Source: Staphylothermus marinus F1
GTDB taxonomy: Archaea > Thermoproteota > Thermoprotei_A > Sulfolobales > Desulfurococcaceae
Assembly: GCF_000015945.1 (NCBI RefSeq)
Contig: NC_009033.1
Location: forward strand, 1,200,001 to 1,232,000
Length of the DNA: 32,000 nucleotides
Direction of reading: 5' to 3'
Positions 28,793-32,000 of the stretch are shown here, one piece after another. The notes under the pieces were generated by a model. It was not told where the DNA came from. It ran no database searches and saw only the letters and a list, made by a program, of their open reading frames with translations. Position 1 is the first letter of the stretch. Each line of letters opens with the position of its first letter. The translations under genes were made by a program, and so were the position numbers.

Positions 28793-29123
28793 GGAGGAAC
28801 TGTTCAGAGCTATTAAGTCTAATGATGTTGTTATAATCGAGTATTATAATCTGGATTCTCATGAGAGTAAAAAGTTTAGTAGGGTTGTGAAACTATTATC
28901 TAGATATGCTGATCCCAGGATATTGTTTCTACGAATTAATGTTGGTAAAAACCCTGATCTTAGTGAAGGTGTTAATGAAATACCCTGTATTAGAGTCTAT
29001 TATAAGGGTAAAATAATTTTCGAGCAGAAAGGTAGTTTTGGCAAGGAAGATTTAGACTTATTCGTTCTTAGAAGAAGCATTAGATCGGTATTTCATGGCT
29101 TCAATATAGCATTTAAAATATGA
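28767..29123 (+). CDS. Thioredoxin-fold protein lacking the redox CxxC (SHES in its place)
   Basis: It aligns by eye with thioredoxin over the whole fold. VVIIEYYNLDSHESKKF matches ILVDFWAEWCGPCKMI. FLRINVGKNPDL matches VAKLNIDQNPGT. EIPCIRVYYKGK matches GIPTLLLFKNGE, and the cis-Pro is retained. ATG 28767 lies 7 nt after GGTGAGG. Confidence 0.6.
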   Translation: MSLIEINSREELFRAIKSNDVVIIEYYNLDSHESKKFSRVVKLLSRYADPRILFLRINVGKNPDLSEGVNEIPCIRVYYKGKIIFEQKGSFGKEDLDLFVLRRSIRSVFHGFNIAFKI

Positions 29124-29134
29124 TACAGTTATAT

Positions 29135-29479
29135 TTATACTTCTAACTTATCAAATCTATCCTCTTTAAGTAACCGCTTAGCAAGATTGAGAGCTTCTTT
29201 CAGATTCTCATCATTTGTTGACTCTTCCAATATACCTAGCAACTCCATGACGTACGGGTTTAAGCTTCCAGGCCCCTCCAATATAGTATCGCGTAGCTTC
29301 ATAGCTATTTCTTGTAGTTTTTTTCTGTCTAGCTCTCCCTTTAACGTCTCATGTATTAGTGCTTCAATAACTACTGTTAAATACCTATTTCCACTATATA
29401 TGTCCAAATCGTCATCGATATATTTCGAGTATACCCTAACAATTTTATTTATCATTTCATCTATGGTTTCACAAGGCAT
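29135..29479 (-). CDS. Small acidic, probably helical protein (paralogue B)
   Basis: 114 aa from ATG 29479, 9 nt after GAGGTG. The segment VIEALIHETLKGELDRKKLQEIAMKL matches the 27397-27711 product. Confidence 0.5.
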   Translation of the reverse strand: MPCETIDEMINKIVRVYSKYIDDDLDIYSGNRYLTVVIEALIHETLKGELDRKKLQEIAMKLRDTILEGPGSLNPYVMELLGILEESTNDENLKEALNLAKRLLKEDRFDKLEV

Positions 29480-29562
29480 ATTATTTAACACCTCTGCTTA
29501 TTTCTCTCAATATGTATTTTGTTTTCAGATTTATTATTTTGCTTCGAATTTTTGGAGAAACA

Positions 29563-29570
29563 TTTATATA
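29563..29570 (+). promoter_or_regulatory. Candidate TATA box of the thermosome promoter
   Basis: TTTATATA is preceded by purine-rich GGAGAAAC (BRE-like), about 73 nt upstream of ATG 29643. The implied leader carries GGGGTG 7 nt before the ATG. Confidence 0.35.
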
Positions 29571-29642
29571 GAAGTGGTTTAATGAATCCAGAAAGGAAGA
29601 GAATTCTAGATAAACATGTGGATTCTCACGGGGTGTATGGTT

Positions 29643-31295
29643 ATGGCACTATATAGTGTACCTGTACTTATACTCAAAGAGGGAACACAGAGAACAATTG
29701 GACGTGATGCTTTAAGAGCAAACATAATGGCTGCTCGAGCACTAGCAGAAGTATTAAAAACAAGTCTTGGACCACGCGGTCTAGATAAAATGCTTGTAGA
29801 CAGCTTCGGCGATATAACTGTTACAAATGATGGCGCAACCATTGTAAAAGAAATGGAGGTTCAACATCCTGCCGCAAAACTATTAGTGGAGGTTGCAAAG
29901 GCTCAAGATGCAGAAGTAGGTGACGGCACAACCTCAGCAGTAGTCTTTGCTGGAGCACTATTAGAGAAAGCAGAAGAATTACTAGAGCAAAATATTCATC
30001 CAACAATAATTATCGAAGGATACACCAAAGCTATGAAGGAAGCAATTAGAATACTTGAAGAAATAGCTATAAAAGTAGACCCAATGGATAGGGGATTGCT
30101 GAGAAAAATCGTTGACACAGCAATAGCAAGCAAATACATCGGCAAAGGCGCTATAGGCGAGAAACTAGCCAATATGGCTATTGATGCAGCATTAACCGTT
30201 GCAGAGAGGAGACCAGATGGAACATATGATTTTAGAATCGACGATGTAAAAATCGAGAAAAAGAAAGGTGGAAGCATAGCTGATACACAGCTAGTTTATG
30301 GTATTGTTCTTGATAAGGAAGTTGTTCATCCTGGAATGCCTAGGAGAGTTGAAAACGCCAAAATAGCATTAATAGACGCACCATTAGAGGTTGAAAAACC
30401 AGAAATAACAGCAAAGATCAACATTACCAGCCCAGATTTAATCAAGGCATTCCTAGACGAAGAAGCAAAACTCCTCAAAGAAATGGTTGATAAGATTGCT
30501 GATACTGGTGCTAATGTTGTTATTTGTCAGAAGGGTATTGATGAAGTAGCACAACACTTCCTAGCAAAGAAAGGAATACTAGCAGTAAGAAGAGTAAAAA
30601 GATCAGACATGGAAAAACTAGAAAAAGCAACAGGAGGCAAAATAGTAAGCAGTATTAGAGATCTAAAACCCGAGGATCTAGGATATGCTGAACTAGTAGA
30701 AGAACGCCGTGTAGGAAACGATAAAATGGTATTCGTTGAGGGATGCAAGAACCCCAAAGCAGTCACAATCCTAGTACGTGGAGCAAACGATATGGTTCTC
30801 GATGAAGTTGAAAGAAGCCTTAAAGATGCATTAAATGTTCTAAGAAACGTTATGAGAGTACCTAAGATACTCCCAGGTGGAGGAGCCCCCGAAGTAGAAT
30901 TAGCTCTTAGATTAAGGGAATTTGCAGCTAAGATCGGGGGTAAAGAACAATTAGCCATAGAAGCATTCGCAGCCGCACTTGAAGAGATACCAATGATCTT
31001 AGCTGAAACAGCTGGTCAAGACCCATTAGAGGTATTAATGAAGCTTAGACAACTACATAGTGAAGGAAAGATCAATGCTGGCATCGACGTTATCAATGGC
31101 AAAGTAGTCGAGGACATTACTAAGATAAATGTCGTTGAACCATTAATTGTTAAAACAAACGTTATTAAGAGCGCAACAGAAGCAGCAACAACGATTCTAA
31201 AGATAGACGATATCATAAGTGCAAGTCCATTAAAGAAGGAAGAAAAAGAGAAGGAGAAAGAAAGAGGAGCAGGAGGAAAATTCGGCGGGTTCTAA
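29643..31295 (+). CDS. ths: Thermosome subunit (group II chaperonin)
   Basis: [31 protein letters not shown] and LPGGGAPE motifs. Start set at ATG 29643 ([14 protein letters not shown]). Confidence 0.95.
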   Translation: MALYSVPVLILKEGTQRTIGRDALRANIMAARALAEVLKTSLGPRGLDKMLVDSFGDITVTNDGATIVKEMEVQHPAAKLLVEVAKAQDAEVGDGTTSAVVFAGALLEKAEELLEQNIHPTIIIEGYTKAMKEAIRILEEIAIKVDPMDRGLLRKIVDTAIASKYIGKGAIGEKLANMAIDAALTVAERRPDGTYDFRIDDVKIEKKKGGSIADTQLVYGIVLDKEVVHPGMPRRVENAKIALIDAPLEVEKPEITAKINITSPDLIKAFLDEEAKLLKEMVDKIADTGANVVICQKGIDEVAQHFLAKKGILAVRRVKRSDMEKLEKATGGKIVSSIRDLKPEDLGYAELVEERRVGNDKMVFVEGCKNPKAVTILVRGANDMVLDEVERSLKDALNVLRNVMRVPKILPGGGAPEVELALRLREFAAKIGGKEQLAIEAFAAALEEIPMILAETAGQDPLEVLMKLRQLHSEGKINAGIDVINGKVVEDITKINVVEPLIVKTNVIKSATEAATTILKIDDIISASPLKKEEKEKEKERGAGGKFGGF

Positions 31296-31306
31296 AATAA
31301 AACGAG

Positions 31307-31311
31307 TTTTT
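31307..31311 (+). terminator. Oligo-T tract downstream of the thermosome gene (candidate archaeal terminator)
   Basis: A T5 run lies 12 nt after the stop, and a second T5 run lies about 30 nt further on. Archaeal RNA polymerase terminates at oligo-T. Confidence 0.3.
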
Positions 31312-31399
31312 AATAAATAATTCAAACAAATAATGTTTTTAAATCCTTATATACATGTTTTTCTCCAGATATTCATCTAATAAAAACAGTCTAGGGTAT

Positions 31400-31720
31400 A
31401 TGGAAATGATTTTTGATCAGAAAATAAATGCTTGGAAGAACAGGCTTACCCGTTTTGAGATTGCACGTGTTATAGGTGCGAGAGCTCTTCAATTATCTCT
31501 TGGGGCTCCTCCCCTAATTAACCCTGATGAAGCACCTGTAAAAGATCCTGTAGCTATAGCTATTTTAGAGTTATTGAAGGGATTATTGCCTATGACTATT
31601 AAAAGGATGATGCCTAATGGAGAATACGAACTTGTTCCCGTTTCAAAAGCCTTATCCCCCGATAATAGAAGATATCTTGAAACAACTCTCAAGAGCTGGA
31701 CGCTTAGCCTTACAAGTTAA
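31400..31720 (+). CDS. rpoK: DNA-directed RNA polymerase subunit K (Rpo6)
   Basis: RLTRFEIARVIGARALQLSLGAPPL core and LPMTIKRMMPNGEYELV. Start is ATG 31400 or 31406. The upstream 15 tracked codons are probably not translated. Confidence 0.85.
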   Translation: MEMIFDQKINAWKNRLTRFEIARVIGARALQLSLGAPPLINPDEAPVKDPVAIAILELLKGLLPMTIKRMMPNGEYELVPVSKALSPDNRRYLETTLKSWTLSLTS

Positions 31721-32000
31721 GGACTATACAGTTGAGAAAACAGGAAAAGTTTTTGACATAGTGATAAATGATCGATTGAGTGAGGAAGTATTTAATGAAA
31801 TATATAGTTATATAGTCAATAGATATAATTATATGATCTTACAGCTAAGAACAGATCCACCAATCTTGAGGCTAATACCTATTCGAAAAGGAAATCCAAA
31901 GATTAAACAAGTAATTCTTCTATTAACAACCATAGCAACAATTTTCTTGACAGGATACGGTATCTCTGAATCATTTTATGAATTGCTTGGACTCAATAAT
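31617..32000 (+). CDS. Hypothetical protein with a hydrophobic segment; runs off the right window edge
   Basis: Not in the ORF track because it has no stop. The frame is open from ATG 31617 (alternative TTG 31677) to base 32000. Translation: ...KQLSRAGRLALQVKDYTVEKTGKVFDIVINDRLSEEVFNEIYSYIVNRYNYMILQLRTDPPILRLIPIRKGNPKIKQVILLLTTIATIFLTGYGISESFYELLGLNN. It overlaps the rpoK 3' end. Confidence 0.4.
   Translation, partial: MENTNLFPFQKPYPPIIEDILKQLSRAGRLALQVKDYTVEKTGKVFDIVINDRLSEEVFNEIYSYIVNRYNYMILQLRTDPPILRLIPIRKGNPKIKQVILLLTTIATIFLTGYGISESFYELLGLNN

Noticed and set aside
29200-29225. AUGAUGA-N4-CUGA on the minus strand.
   Set aside because: It lies inside the coding frame of acidic protein B (codons for NDENLK), and the spacing is incompatible with a guide RNA.
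24650-29500. Hypothesis that the accessory-looking stretch is an integrated element or a defence island.
   Set aside because: I saw no integrase, transposase, flanking tRNA, direct repeats, nuclease/ATPase defence hallmarks or obvious compositional shift. The SD boxes and codon style look native.
29549-29594. Inverted repeat TTTTTGGA-N30-TCCAGAAA flanking the thermosome TATA box, considered as a heat-shock operator.
   Set aside because: Only 7 of 8 positions match and the arms are short and AT-rich, so it is easily a chance match. No similar element occurs in the Hsp20-like/acidic-A intergenic region.
1-32000. Scan for CRISPR arrays, tRNA/rRNA genes and other GC-rich structured RNAs.
   Set aside because: I saw no regularly spaced repeats and no tRNA-like GC-rich segments with T-arm motifs. 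Outside coding R/G-rich tails, the only GC-rich non-coding blocks are the sRNA locus and 24606-24631, both reported separately.

Overview
Low-GC archaeal chromosomal segment, tightly packed with about 42 genes. Archaea-specific markers are GatD/GatE, a thermosome subunit, fibrillarin/Nop5, Gar1, TFB, ribosomal proteins S8e and S30e, SRP19 and RpoK. The AT-rich coding and frequent GGTG(A) Shine-Dalgarno-like boxes suggest a hyperthermophilic crenarchaeon of the Desulfurococcales type, but that is inference only. From 1 to about 24.4 kb the content is housekeeping, dominated by RNA maturation and modification: cca, thpR, rnz, trm11, trm1, gar1, flpA, nop5, gatDE. It also holds prs, ADP-forming acetyl-CoA synthetase, uppS and several orphan P-loop NTPases. 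Two things missing from the ORF track were read directly. One is a 56-aa S30e gene at 20767-20937. The other is one well-formed C/D box sRNA plus a weaker second candidate at 24417-24570. cca at the left edge and an ORF at the right edge are truncated by the window. The only accessory-looking stretch is 24.65-29.5 kb. It contains a three-gene array (small unknown protein, tandem Lrp-like HTH protein, PPP-family protein phosphatase). It also contains a cluster of small uncharacterised proteins bracketed by a divergent Hsp20-like gene and the thermosome gene. That cluster includes a thioredoxin-fold protein whose CxxC is replaced by SxxS, and two mutually similar acidic proteins, each divergently paired with a chaperone gene. 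I rate this cluster the best candidate for something undescribed (a possible thermosome-linked co-chaperone module), but the support is only sequence patterns and gene order. I recognised no CRISPR array, transposase, integrase, tRNA or rRNA gene.
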